From the NCBI RefSeq assembly GCF_006345805.1, contig NC_043003.1:112654001-112718000 (forward strand): a stretch of 64,000 nt of DNA, given 5' to 3'. The DNA comes from Octopus sinensis. Lineage: Eukaryota. Positions 39,850 through 55,464 of this stretch are shown in pieces (position 1 is the stretch's first letter; every line of letters starts with the position of its first letter). The notes beneath the pieces are model-generated. The model saw nothing but the letters and a program-made list of their open reading frames with translations, did not search any database and was not told the DNA's origin. The position numbers and the translations under genes were made by a program.

Positions 39850-40075
39850 CACAGATTGTAGAAGGCTAACAATGGTAATTACTCCTGAAGTAATTGATGA
39901 ATTTGGCACAACACACAAATTGCTACCTAAAAGACTAAAAGATATTGAAATTGAGAATCGCATCTTCGACTTGCAGAATTGTGCAATCCAGTATTCTGCA
40001 GGAATTCTAATGCATCATGAGATTTGAGGAGATTCGGTGTCACGAAACCTCCAGATGATCTCTCAGCTAATTAAT
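39850..40075 (+). pseudogene. 3' end of an R4/Rex6-like element (RLE C-terminus and 3'UTR)
   Basis: VITPEVIDEFGTTHKLLPKRLKDIEIENRIFDLQNCAIQYSAGIL resembles the V.PIVIGALGT.PK.LEKRL.ELEI..RI...Q..AL..SA.IL tail. Confidence 0.6.
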
Positions 40076-41893
40076 GAAGCATGTAATAGCTTTTATTGTA
40101 TTATAACAAAAATAACACTTCCCGATTTTGGCACAAGGCCAGCGGTTTTAGGAGGAGGAGTCGGTTGGTTACATCGATCCAACTACCTGAATGCTACTTA
40201 ATTTTATCGGCCTCGAAAGGATGAAGGATAAAATGACCTTGGCTCAATTTGATCTCATAATGTAAAGACACAAAAGGAACATCGCTAAGCATTCTATCCA
40301 ACGCACTAACAATTCTCCTAGATCACCGCCTTCAATAATAATATTTTACATGTACGCGTATATTTTACATGTACACGTATATCCATCTGGGGCCGTGAAA
40401 ATATCGCTAAAAGAAGAAAAAGTAATTGCAACGGAAAGCAGTTTATAAAATTATGGTTGAATCGATCACCTAATACACAACATAATAATTATCAGTGACT
40501 AAAAGGTTTCTAAGTTTGAGAAATAGTAAATATATAGATATAATCCAGCCTAAAATGTAATTACTTTAAAGCAAAATATAATTTCATATATATTCTTTGA
40601 GGATCACACAGCCCGGAAAATTTATTTATCAACAACTGTCGACTCAATCTGGTTACCCAGTAATTGTTACTGACTAACAGCATTTTAGCTATATCAAAAC
40701 GCTATAGAAATACGGGGAATAATGACAAAATTGAATGAGCTCTTATGGAAAGATATTATAGGAAACACTTCAATTCGCTGAACGTAATTGATTCTCTATA
40801 CACCAGAAAGAGGAAATTTCACTAAAATATGCCTTACAACTTTATCGAAATATCAATGGGAACGCAGCAATATATTAGGTGATATCAATATTAAACACTG
40901 CTATAGAACCGGTGATATAAATAGAGCAGTGGAGCGCCGGGTTAAATGATAAATGGTTTTCGATTATTGCTTAGAATATTGTCTAAATTAGATCATGCCC
41001 TTCAATGTTCTATTTTCTTACTGATAAAAATAATTTCCATATTTTTATCTTTTAGTCAGAAGATGACTATTTCCATGACCCCCAACATCATTGGGTCGTA
41101 AGAGTGGATGTTATGCTCAGGCCACTGACTAGATTCGAATATTTATATGAGAGTCATTGGATTCTCATAAATTCACACCCAATGGTCCAGTGGTGGTGCT
41201 ACACCGGGTGATTGATCATGTCTAGCACGGGTGGGGGGAGGAATAGTTCTTTTGACGGGCTTCCGTGTAGTTTCTATGAGCCAAAATTTCATTCAGAGGG
41301 ATTTAGTTCGATCCAAGGCCATAATAGTAAATATTTGTACTGAGATTGATTTCAAAATTCTCTACCCAGGAAGTGAACTTTTTAAAAATACAGCCATGCC
41401 TGTATATACTGGTTTATGCAATGGACAGTTGAACTGAGTAAAAACAAAATGAAGTATTGGTTTCAAATTTTGGGACAGGGCCAACAATTTCAGGGAAGGA
41501 GTGAATGGATTACATCAACCTCAGTGCTCAACTGCTATTTATTTTATCGACCCTGAAAGTATAAAAGCAAAGTCGACTTCAGCGGAATTTGAACTCAAAT
41601 CATAAAAACTGTCGAAATGCCGCTAAAATGTTTGGCCTATGTGCTAACGATTCTTTTAAAACAAAATTTTAAAAGAATTTAGATTTAGAAAATATTAGCT
41701 TTCATTAAGACTAAAAAATTTATAACAAGTTATTATTTCTATTTGTTATTAATTGTTACTTCTATTAAAAATTTAACATAATTCAAAATATCTTTTGCGC
41801 TTCAAAAAATTCATTATTTAAATTATTAACTGATAATTAGAAATTTGAAAATAATTATAAAAATAATAGTAGAACATAATTAGTACAAATAAT

Positions 41894-42169
41894 GGTAAAA
41901 TTACAGATTAACCCCCGCACGATTTTCACTAAGAACAAAAAAAAAAAACTCGGATTTTTTGCGTGGAATCAAGTACCCTGACCTCCTAATATGCTGAAAA
42001 TCCCATATTTGGGTTCGAAAGGGATGGGCTGCCCCCCGACACTTCCGAACCCAAATATGGGATTTACAGCATATTAGGAGGTCAGGGTACTTGATTCCAC
42101 GCAAAAAATCCGAGTTTTATTTTTTTGTTCTTAGTGAAAATCGTGCGGGTGTTAATCTGTAATTTTACC
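41894..42169. mobile_element. Foldback MITE (Merlin-like) with 8-bp TSD
   Basis: Near-perfect palindrome with ~125-bp arms starting GGTAAAATTACAGATTAAC. CAAATAAT at 41886-41893 and 42170-42177. Confidence 0.9.
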
Positions 42170-44069
42170 CAAATAATTTTTACTATTCAAATTTTATCCT
42201 TACCTGCGAAATTTTAAGTAAACATTTTCTTGTTCTGTACTTTAACAGATGTAATAAGTTGTCTTGATCCTTTCCAAGTGTAATAACTTTCCGGGTTTGT
42301 TATTTCTCTTGCTCGCATTTTTCCATGTAATAAATAAAGTGTCAAATGTATCAACTAGCGGTGTCGTTGATAATTTTTCCTTACTTCAATGAGGCCTGTG
42401 ACATATATTAAAAGTCCCCTTATAGAACTATATTCGTAAAAAATATAGAACTATATTATCACCCTCAAATTTAAGGAATAAACACTCGTAACGTTTATCT
42501 TTTAAAACTTGATTGCATGAGATTGATACCATGAAATTTCTCGAATTCAGCCCTATCATTTAAGCTTAATTAAAATACAGTTTGTTTTAAAAATAAATAA
42601 GTCAATTATACTTAAATCTACTTTTTTGCATTACTTATATTTTTTTCATTATATTTTACCTCGCATCTTGTTTGATACAAATTCTTGTTGCATGGGACCA
42701 AAGCTATGAAGTTCTTCATGCTTTCTTCTATCATTGAAGCTAAAATAAATATATTTTGCTTTTAAGATAAAAAAAAGTTATTTAGATATAAATTTGATTG
42801 GTGGCATTACTTACTCTCCTATAACGTTGCTACAAATTTTGATGTCATATTTTATCTAATGGATCAAATTTCAATTTTTTATGCCTGAATGTAGCTAGGG
42901 ACGAGTCCTCTTCACAAATGTTAACAGTTTTCAATTTGGTTAAGAACTGAATAAGCGTCAAGCTCTGAAAGATGCTGCGTGTGAGTAAATTGCAGCCTTA
43001 AGAATATTATTCAACTCCTACCGTAGTTACATGATAAATGTTTACAGTGAGATTTAACAATGATGAAGAAATATTATTTCTTAACTCTCTAAATAAGCTC
43101 CAGGTTTTTAAAGAAGAGAGAATGAAATTTTGTAACCTTTACACAATTCTCTCTGCCATTAAATGCAAAAATAAAATGAATTGAGTTTAGCGGTTTATAG
43201 AGACAAAAATATATCTTCAATTTGCCTTCGATAATTCAATCTTGTTATAAAGCAACTTCAGCGCTAATAACAAAGGTGTAATGGACAAAGAAATGTCTTA
43301 GTATGCTTATGCCACCCACTAGAAATAATAACCAAATTCCACTGAATCTGAACCATGGTATTTAAAAAGAATAGGATCCTTAATATTACATTCAATAATG
43401 TAGTCCTACATACACTGCCTCAGAGTATATGAGGTAGTCAAGGTAGGTATTCTTTGATCGTTTGTTTGTTTAAAGGTGGCTAACCCGACATTAAACAACA
43501 TTACAAAATAATTGCTTCAAGTATAATCACAAAGCTTAAAACTTAGGGTTGGGGCTTAGTTGATACCATCGATTCCAATAGGGAACTAACTCCTTATTTT
43601 ATCGACGCCGAAATGATAAAAGACGTAGCAGATGCAGGTAGAATTTGAACCGAGCAAACACATTTTTCTGAGGTGTCAATGATTCTGTCAAATGGTTGAC
43701 CTCTCAACAATAATTACAAGAGTAAGGCCTTCAACAGAGTATTGTATCCCACATTTATGAAAGTGCTACTGTTATAAACAAGCACTCTCAACCGCATCCA
43801 AAAGCTACCCAAATGATTGCTAATAACTCATCCATCAAAATATTACAAGATTTGACCAACGAAGGCGCTGTATCTTTTCTATTTTTCTTTCTTTATCTTT
43901 CCCCCACTTTCCCTATTCCTTGATATTTTCTTCTATCTATATCCGAACGGTCGATTTTTGGCAGTATCTGTCTAACAACATGCACTCACGAGTTATTATG
44001 TTAACTTCAGGTTAATGACGAAATGTTATAAATACCGATTTATTTGTCACAAGACGAATAGTTCAAATT

Positions 44070-44790
44070 TTATGCCGTTTCACTGTTTATCAAGTATATC
44101 CTTGAATTCATTTATTGTTTTTCAATCTTCTAGCTAGTATGGATTACGCTTAAGAACATATTCTGTATTATACTACATTGCTTCTTGAATAATTTACATG
44201 AATTGACTCAGTTTGAATTATGATGGAACCGCAAGACATCCCCGTTATGGAGACTAAGTGTAACTGTGGCTATCTTATACGGAGATACCATAAATTACGT
44301 CTTTGGTCTTAAATTTACGAAGCATTCCTGGTAGATGAAACAGCTGTAAGATTGTCTTCATATGATGAGTCCTCCATGTTGATTAGGTGGCTTAGTTCTA
44401 CATGTTTTCTATTGATCTTTAATGAGATCTGGTAGCTAAATGATTTCAGTACATTCACAGTGTGGCCTCACCAGTAAGTTTTAATTGCATTGAAAGGATA
44501 ATCATTGTCGATCACTATAGGAAGTGCTTATCATATACTACAAGTTGATGCTAGTTGCTGCAGCTGCATTTTGCTTTTAGAATTACAATTCCTTAACAAT
44601 GATCACACCAAAAGTGTTCTCCTGTTCAATAGTTTTCATTTGATATGAATAGTTTCCATTGATTTTGTTGTCAATTAGACTAGGCACCGTATTGATTAAA
44701 ATCATACATTTCATTGTAGTCTTTGTCCCCAAAACGTAGATATGGTTGTTGCTTCATCAGCAAAGTTTTGCCTATACTTCCAGTTAATGA
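44070..44790 (-). pseudogene. Decayed CR1/L2-group RT C-terminal fragment
   Basis: FADEAT (YADD equivalent) near 44765 and a degenerate LGVI motif near 44610. Many stops and frameshifts. Confidence 0.5.
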
Positions 44791-44946
44791 TGGCATATCA
44801 TTTGTGGTGGTGGTGATGATGATGATGATGATGAATATAATAATAATAAAAATAATAATATAATAATAATAATTAATAATAATAATAAAATAATAATAAT
44901 AATAATAATAATTAATAATAATAATAATATTGATAATAATAATAAT

Positions 44947-44987
<41 letters not shown>

Positions 44988-45817
44988 TAATAATAATAAT
45001 AATAATAAGGTAAGGGTCAGCGTAACGGTATGGGTCAGCTTATTGGTTACGATGCCTCTTCCACTGTGCAATTGGAACTAAAATAACTTCAAATGTGAAA
45101 TCACAAAGAGACGAAGGCTTTGTTTCCATAAATTTTTGCTTCCGTACTTCAAAAGTCACCGTCAAAATAATACAACTACCTTATCATGTATAGAATTTCA
45201 TTCCGTGTTATTGCGCAGTTATTCTAAACAGAATTAATACAAAGCAATAAATATAGCCAGAACCGGCAGAAAATGTACAAACTTAAAAACAATTCGACTT
45301 TTTTTTTCCGAATAACGTTACTTAGTGACTTTTCTTTTCCATCCTAATATTCTTTCTTTTATTTTTTTTTTCTCCAGTTAATAGAAAATAAATTCCGCTA
45401 TTTCTGAGATTTTAGTTTATAATTTTCTTTTTCCACGATACAACAACGTATGCGCAACTTATACTTAAAAGCAATAAAAACAAGAATATTACAACCATCA
45501 TATTATGTGTGCATATGAAGTGTATGTATGTGTATGTGTGTGCGTTCGTGCGTGTGTTTATGTGTGTGCGTATGCAAATAACTGTATGTATAAACAAACG
45601 CAAACACATGCGCACATGTATATATAGGAATATATGTATGTAACTGTTTCCGTTTACATATGTGCGTGTGTTTGTATCTGTGTGTGCGTGTATAACGTGT
45701 GTATGCAAATATATGTATGTATAAACAAATGCACACATCTGCGCACATACACACATACATACGCACACACACATATGCATATGTATATATACATACATAT
45801 ATATGTATATATATATA

Positions 45818-45876
<59 letters not shown>

Positions 45877-46014
45877 AGTGTGTGTTTCTGTGTGTATCCG
45901 AATTATATAATATACAACTCTATAATAATATATTATCTTCACTATATTTAACGTAAATGCGTTGTTTAAAAGTCAGATGCTTCGGGTTTCACTCCGGGAA
46001 ATATTCTTATATAT

Positions 46015-46220
46015 GGCGATCTGGCAGGGTCGTTAGCACACCGGGCAAAATGTTTTGCAGCATTTCGTCTGTCTTAACGCTCTGAGTTCAAATTCTGCCG
46101 AGGTCTACTTTGCCTTTCATCCTTTCAAGGTTGATAAAATAAGTAGCAGTTGAGCACTGAGGAAAGCCACGAGCTCCTTCACTCGACATTGCTGGTCTTA
46201 TGCTAAAACTTGAAATCAAT
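46015..46220 (+). mobile_element. Family A SINE
   Basis: Family A head and core. Confidence 0.8.
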
Positions 46221-46284
46221 ATGTATGTATGTATGCATGTAGATGGATGGATAGATAGATGAACAGATAGACGGACGAACGGAC

Positions 46285-46418
<134 letters not shown>

Positions 46419-46937
46419 GTTTCTTTATTTGCCACACGGGGATGCACACAGACGGGACAGATTACAAAGTAGAGCTTTTCTTTTGGGGGGAAAAAGGTGG
46501 GGTAGGTTTTCGATCAAAAGTCATCGTAAAAGGGAAAGGAGAAGAAGAAGAAAAAGAAAAAGAAAAAGAAAAAAGGAAAAGAAACAAAAGAAAAAAAACG
46601 ATCAATAGGGATCGTGTATCACAGTGTCATGATGTAAGGTGTAAAGGGAAAGCAGATAAGGTTTATCCGCGGAAAGAAAAGCCTACGGAAAAGACCACCG
46701 TAACCTCGGTCAATATTGTTACATGTTACCACATTTGCTTGCAAGTAGGTAACCCTCTGTTTTAAATTTCCTGGTTCATAGAATTATGCTCAAGGTGGCG
46801 TCGTCATTCATACGTGCCATCCTTGCTACATTCACCCTTCTTTTTTTAAAACATTCGCTAGACAAAGCTTGCCTCTCTACTCTCACTTTCCTTTTCAAGT
46901 GGTACTTGAAGAAGTTGATGAGAGATTGACCAGAGAG
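46419..46937 (-). mobile_element. 3' fragment of the (GATA)n-associated Tx1 family, copy A
   Basis: SGQSLINFFKYHLKRKVRVERQALSSECFKKR.VNVARMARMND plus a 3'UTR homologous to 18455-18995. (GATA)n on both sides. Confidence 0.93.
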
Positions 46938-46968
46938 GATAGATAGATAGATAGATAGATAGATAGAC

Positions 46969-47003
<35 letters not shown>

Positions 47004-47043
47004 GATAGATAGATAGATGATAGATAGATAGATAGATAGATAG

Positions 47044-47124
<81 letters not shown>

Positions 47125-47642
47125 GTTTCTTTATTTGCCACACGGGGATGCACACAGACGGGACAGATTACAAAGTAGAGCTTTTCTTTTGGGGGGAAAA
47201 AGGTGGGGTAGGTTTTCGATCAAAAGTCATCGTAAAAGGGAAAGGAGAAGAAGAAGAAAAAGAAAAAGAAAAAGAAAAAAGGAAAAGAAACAAAAGAAAA
47301 AAAACGATCAATAGGGATCGTGTATCACAGTGTCATGATGTAAGGTGTAAAGGGAAAGCAGATAAGGTTTATCCGCGGAAAGAAAAGCCTACGGAAAAGA
47401 CCACCGTAACCTCGGTCAATATTGTTACATGTTACCACATTTGCTTGCAAGTAGGTAACCCTCCGTTTTAAATTTCCTGGTTCATAGAATTATGCTCAAG
47501 GTGGCGTCGTCATTCATACGTGCCATCCTTGCTACATTCACCTTCTTTTTTTAAAACATTCGCTAGACAAAGCTTGCCTCTCTACTCTCACTTTCCTTTT
47601 CAAGTGGTACTTGAAGAAGTTGATGAGAGATTGACCAGAGAG
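47125..47642 (-). mobile_element. 3' fragment of the (GATA)n-associated Tx1 family, copy B (tandem near-identical twin of A)
   Basis: Same sequence and endpoints as 46419-46937. (GATA)n on both sides. Confidence 0.93.
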
Positions 47643-47695
47643 GATAGATAGATAGATAGATAGAGATAGATAGATAGATAGAGATAGATAGATAG

Positions 47696-47751
<56 letters not shown>

Positions 47752-48418
47752 GGGGTTGGACAAACTATAAGAAACACATAAATATGCGTGCGCGCGTGTG
47801 TGTGTATGTATGTGTGTGTGTGTCCCCGTGTTTCTGTCTGCGTGTGAGTATGCCTGCGTATGTGTGAGTGTTAATATGATATATGCTTTGTACTTCATAG
47901 CCCTCTATTCCTCTTTAATTTTTTTCTTGTGTATATTTATATTTAAATAAGGAAAATATGTGATCTGTCAATTTCCTAAAGAGGACGAAGTGCTGGAACG
48001 TGAATGACTGGAGCTTTAGTCGCTAAAAGCGATGAATTGCTTAATATTTCGAGAGGTACAGACTCTGAAATCATCTTAGAATTCTACAATCAAGGTACCA
48101 GCTATAGCAAGATTAATTCTTCTCGGAAAGCAAAGCTTATTGGAATGAGCCACAAAATATAGAAACATTGTATCTAAAAACCATCAAACTACGAGGTAAA
48201 TTTGACGAACGCGGTGAAAATTACGTGCAGACTATCAGAAGCAGCCAATGGTTCCATAGAGTAATGTCATCTTCTCTGATAAATCATTACTCACCCTCTT
48301 TCCCATTTTCGGTTGAGATTATATCTGGAGACAGCTCAAAAGGAGCATTTAATCTAACCCCTTGACTCCCACTGTAGAGTATAGAGGTAACGCTATAATT
48401 ATTTGAACAGCCATATGA

Positions 48419-48684
48419 TGAAGTTCTCCTAGCATCTAAGTTTCTTGCATTGTAAGGTTAACACCATGGTTTATCTAATTACTTTAATTGATCATAATCA
48501 TCTTGTGGCACAAACAATTTTCCCTGGTAGTGGTGTAATTTTCCAGGAGTATCGTGAAATTCTCCTAGCTCCTGAGTTGCTTGCACGGCAGAGTTAAAAC
48601 AACGGCTTATCTAAGTATCTCTGTAGCTCATCTCCATCTTGTGGTACAAACATTGTTCCCTGGTGGTAGCGTAATCTTCCAGGA
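48419..48684. repeat. Two diverged tandem 136-bp units
   Basis: TGAA.TTCTCCTAGC at 48419 and 48555; TTCCAGGA ending at 48548 and 48684. Confidence 0.85.
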
Positions 48685-48949
48685 TTAATGCGTCTATTCA
48701 CCCGACAAATGTAATTCACAATTAGTATAAAGTGCTCAAATGAAATAAACCAGTTGGATTTACCCCCACAGTTACAGAATCTCAATATAGAAAATGTATG
48801 ATGCATGTCGTGATGCAAGTGAAGGGCTGCTTCTTTCCGCCATCATCGGAAGGAAAAAGAGCTAAAATTCCCCTAACAATCGTTCGGAACCTGTCCGAGT
48901 CAATTCCTTGACGTGACTCCGTTTTAAATAATAAAACTTTCAGTTAACA

Positions 48950-48982
48950 AGGTGTTTCCATAATTTTGCCCCGCCGTTGTCG
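48950..48982 (-). mobile_element. Isolated right TIR of the Tc1 family seen at 26926
   Basis: GGTGTTTCCATAATTTTGCCC is a near reverse complement of GGACAAAATAATGGAAACACC. Confidence 0.55.
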
Positions 48983-49769
48983 TTACATTTTAATGTCATT
49001 CACTGTAATTTTCAAAATGACTAGTTTCAATGTAATAATATTGCCTATTGAGTTTGAAGAATTCTTGGAATATAGCCTTCATGCATCCCTTTCTTTACTA
49101 ACCATGGCAAGGAGATAAAGACGTCTCTGTCTTTGGTTTCCTGTCCCAAGGACATGTTAACTACCTGTTAATAAAGCATATAAGCAAGCATGTTAGATGA
49201 AAATACTATGGATTTTGCAGTTCAATTTATTTGAAATTTTACCACAGAAATATTGCAACCATAAATATATTGGAGTTATAATATTTAGAGGTTTTGTGGA
49301 AATTGATACTAAGTTTAGAACGTAATACAAAGAGAATAGTCACGAGTGATCTGAGAAAAACGAAGGGAAGAAAAGGAAGCTGCACGTATAACACATAACT
49401 TAATAGCAGCGCTCCAGATACGCCAGCACACACGAGATTGAGACATGGTCGACCCCACGCACATCTCTTGAGGAATTCCGGAAGGTGCTTCGTGAGACCA
49501 CTGCTGAGACGCTTCAGAAAAAAAAGAAAGAAAAGCCGTTGGAAAACCGGTTATAGCAGCGACTCCATCAATTCCTAGGGAAGTCTGAAGAAGGAATTTT
49601 TATTCCGAATGACTATATCAGACCATGGATGATTCAATTACAACAGTTCTTAGAGTCCTTTGTTTGTATTATAGCGTATTGCTGCGTCATTCAAAACATT
49701 TTATTCTTTACAAACAATACACAATGCTTCAAGCGAACTACAATACTTTCCTATTATTATTATTATTGC

Positions 49770-49804
<35 letters not shown>

Positions 49805-49826
49805 TATTATTATTATTATTATTATT

Positions 49827-50365
49827 GAGTGAGCGAGCAGAGCATGCCATCAAAGTGACACTGGGGTAAAATATACGAAGCCCAGTATACCCATCATGAC
49901 TACCCGTCTGATAAGGGTACACCAGGCACATGCATCACAACCATATGTGCGCGACATGGTGATCTCATATCAAGATAAACAGCACATGACCTTTCAGGTG
50001 GAGCCCAGTTAGAATTTTCTTCAGATCGTGTAACCCATCCCGCTCAAACGGTCCCTGAATAAGGGTTGTTTAAGGACGTTGAACGAAACACCCATGTTTC
50101 TAGAGGTGAATTATTCAAACCCCAAAGAATCCTTCTCAACACATGGCTATGATGCTCCCTCACTACTTCTGCTCGTGATCAGAGATGCACATATCGTCAG
50201 CCACTAAGGGACATGCTCAACTGGTTAAGGTCAAACAACTGACAAGCAAATCTGTGGTATTGAGCAGAATATTTGCTGTAGCCCATCTTTTATACCAAGA
50301 CAGAACAATGTACATGATAACACTTCCAATCAGTTATGATCAGAAGCCATGAGAGCCACTGCCTG
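49827..50365. mobile_element. ~540-bp non-coding repeat bounded by (ATT)n, copy 1
   Basis: Highly similar to 61655-62204. (ATT)n on the left, short ATT run on the right. Confidence 0.85.
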
Positions 50366-50378
50366 TAATATTATTATT

Positions 50379-50923
50379 GAGTGTGGCAGCAGCGAATAAC
50401 ATCAAAGTGACACTGGGGTACAGGATATGCGTAGCCCAATATACACATCATGACTACCCGTCAGATTAGGGTACACCAGGTACATGCATCACGATCATCT
50501 ACGCGCTCCATAGTGACCTCATATCAAGACAAATAGGGCATGACTTTGCAGGTGGGACCCAGTTAGAATTTATCTTCAAGTTGAATAGCCCGCCCCGCTC
50601 AAAAGGTCCCTAAACAAAATTTGTGTAAGAATGAAATACCTGTTTCCAGAGGTGAATTATTCAAACCTCAAAGAATTCCTCTTAACACATGACTATGATG
50701 TTCCCCACTACTCCTGCTCGCGATCAAACATGCACGTATCATCAGCACTAAGGGACATGTTCAAGTGATGAAAGCCAAGCAACTGTCAAGCAAATCTGTG
50801 ATAGTGAGCAGAATATTTGTTATGGCCCATCTTTTATACCAAAACAAAACATATACATGATAATACTTTCAATCAGTTAAGATCAGAAGCCATGAGAGCT
50901 AGTACCTGGTACTGGATCAGGGC

Positions 50924-50926
<3 letters not shown>
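50379..50926. mobile_element. ~540-bp (ATT)n-bounded repeat, diverged copy 2 (head-to-tail with copy 1)
   Basis: Same block order (ATCAAAGTGACACTGGGGTA...GATCAGAAGCCATGAGAG), followed by (ATT)n at 50927-50990. Confidence 0.85.
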
Positions 50927-50990
<64 letters not shown>

Positions 50991-51745
50991 GAAGCAGTGA
51001 GTTGGCAGAATCATGAGTACGCCGGGCGAAAAGCTTAGCGGTATTTCGCCCATCGCTACGCTCCGAGTTCAAATTCCGCCGAGGTCGTATTTGCCTTTCG
51101 TCCTTTCGGGATCGGTAAAATAAATACCAGTTGAATATTGGAGTTGATGTAATCGACTAACCCCTCTCCAAAATCTCAAGCGTTGTGCCTATAGTAGAAA
51201 GGATTATTATTGAAGGTGGTGAATAGGCAGAATCGTGAGTATGCCGGGTGAAATGCATAGCCGTATTTCGTCTGCCGTTACGTTCTGAGTTCAATTCCGC
51301 CGAGGACGACTTTACCTTTCATCCTCTCAGGGTCGATTAAATAAGTACCAGTTCCGTACTGGGGTCGATATAATCGACTTAATCCATTTGTATGTCCTTG
51401 TTTGTTCCCTCTGTGTTTAGCCCCTTGTGGGTAGTAAAGAAATAGGTATTTCGTCCGGAGCTGAGTTCCGAGTTCAAATTCTGCCGAGGTTGACTTTGCT
51501 TTTCATCATTTCGGGGTCGATAACTTGAGTACCAGTGAAACACTTAACACTTGGGTCGATGTAATCGACTAGTCCCCTCCCTAAAAATTTCAGGCCTTGT
51601 GCCTATAGTAGAAAGGATCATTATTATCATCATTAAGGTGGGAGGATCGTTAGCACGCTGGACGAGATGCTGAACATCATTTCGTCTCCTTTATGTTCTG
51701 AGTTCAAATTCCACCGAGGTGGATTTTCTTTGCAGTCTTTCATTA
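50991..51745 (+). mobile_element. Head-to-tail cluster of four family A SINEs
   Basis: Core GAGTTCAAATTC.GCCGAGG at ~51066, 51287, 51470 and 51700. Confidence 0.85.
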
Positions 51746-52789
51746 GTCAACACTAGAAAATTCAAATACTTTTATAGAACTCGACAATAATGGAACTATT
51801 TACACAGTTACCTTGTCTAATTAAACTACTTATACGCTGACCCTGTCTACTTAATTGTATAGTCGTCAACATGTAGAATATCTTTCACCTTTTGGAATCG
51901 TCAGCTTGGAAAGTACCACTTATCTTTACAGTCGTCAACACGAGGAGAAGCAGTCTAACAAATTCTATTGTCGTGAACTTGAAAAGTACTTGTTTAACAA
52001 ATTTTTACAGGCACCAACGTCATTACCTGTCCACTTAATTTCGTAGTTGCCAAATTGAGAATATCCCACCTAACTTAAAAGACGTCTATTTCGGGAGTAT
52101 CAGGTTTCCCAAAGTTAACTCCAGATTTCGACAAATTTTCAATATATTTTACAGATATTTCAATAGCCGGGCGCACAAAGCATCGATATTGAAGTCGACC
52201 AACTTATATATAAAACATATCAAATATTTTATATACATATAGTTTTTTGTGCATACAAATAAAACATTTATAAAATATTTGAAAATAATATTTAATATAT
52301 ACATCTAATATTTTATATATATTATATATAGGAGACATCGCGTATTTCTCTTAAACGATGATCCTATAAGCATGACTAGCATTAAGAGAAAGATAGTCGG
52401 AAAAACTAAAAAGGAATTTTATTCGTCGTAACGTTGGCATCAATTCTTCTACATGAAAATTAAGACAAGCTCTTCAGACAGTGAACACATACAAGTAATG
52501 GTAAAACTACAACACAGCAGGATCAATAAGTTGTGTCAGCGATCCTTATCAATTTCCTTAATGTGCAGACATGCAAACATTAGTGACTCTATCCAAAATT
52601 TTATCCGTTTAGATCTTCAAACGTTTAGCACATTTTTTTTTGGAAACGAGAATTAGGTTTTCGTTTTCATTACACAGTCATAAACACCAACACACACATT
52701 CTCACGCGCTAATGCATGAGTATACACAGATACATGTGTGTGTGTCTGCGTGTGTGTGTGTACATATATAAATAAATATATATATATAT

Positions 52790-54894
<2,105 letters not shown>

Positions 54895-55464
54895 GTGCGT
54901 GTGCGTGTGCGTATGTGCATGTGTTCGGCGTGTTCCTTTGTATAGTCGTTCTGTGTGTGCATATCTGTGCGTGTTTATGTGTGTCTTTATGCGTCTCTTC
55001 ACAATATCTTCGTGTAATTTAAATAAAGCCTGAACTTTTTATCTGTAAAATTGATTCTGTTCATTTTATTTATTTATTTTTTTTTTGCCAGAATGCAGAC
55101 CTGATAGTATGCAGAGCATGCGTTTTGTCAAATTTATACATAACGACATACATACGTACATGCATATATGCATATATATCTACATATATATATGCATACC
55201 ATACGTAAACGTGTATTGTGTGTGTGTCTTTATATTAGTGTATCTGAGGATATATTAGTTGACCGCAACCAGAACGAATAGTGAAGAAATTTGGGGTCAG
55301 GTTCGATACTATTGCACGGTGTCTTTGGTAATCCTTTTTACTTTAGCTATTGGTTTATCCGAGCTTTGTGTAAGCTAATTTTTGGTTCTCAGTTATATAT
55401 TAGGAGAGCTACTAGTTTCTATGGAATATATGTGGAGCTTCAACTTTCTATGGAATATATGCGG

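Noticed and set aside
49080-49430. Possible RNase H remnant on minus strand (..AAIK..FSD..GN..)
   Set aside because: Requires several frameshifts; not distinguishable from chance by eye.
49583-49625. CTGAAGA-A-GGAA-TTTTTA-TTCC-GAAT hammerhead-like motif
   Set aside because: Stem II is good, but the invariant A15.1 is T and stem I is out of register; at best a dead relic.
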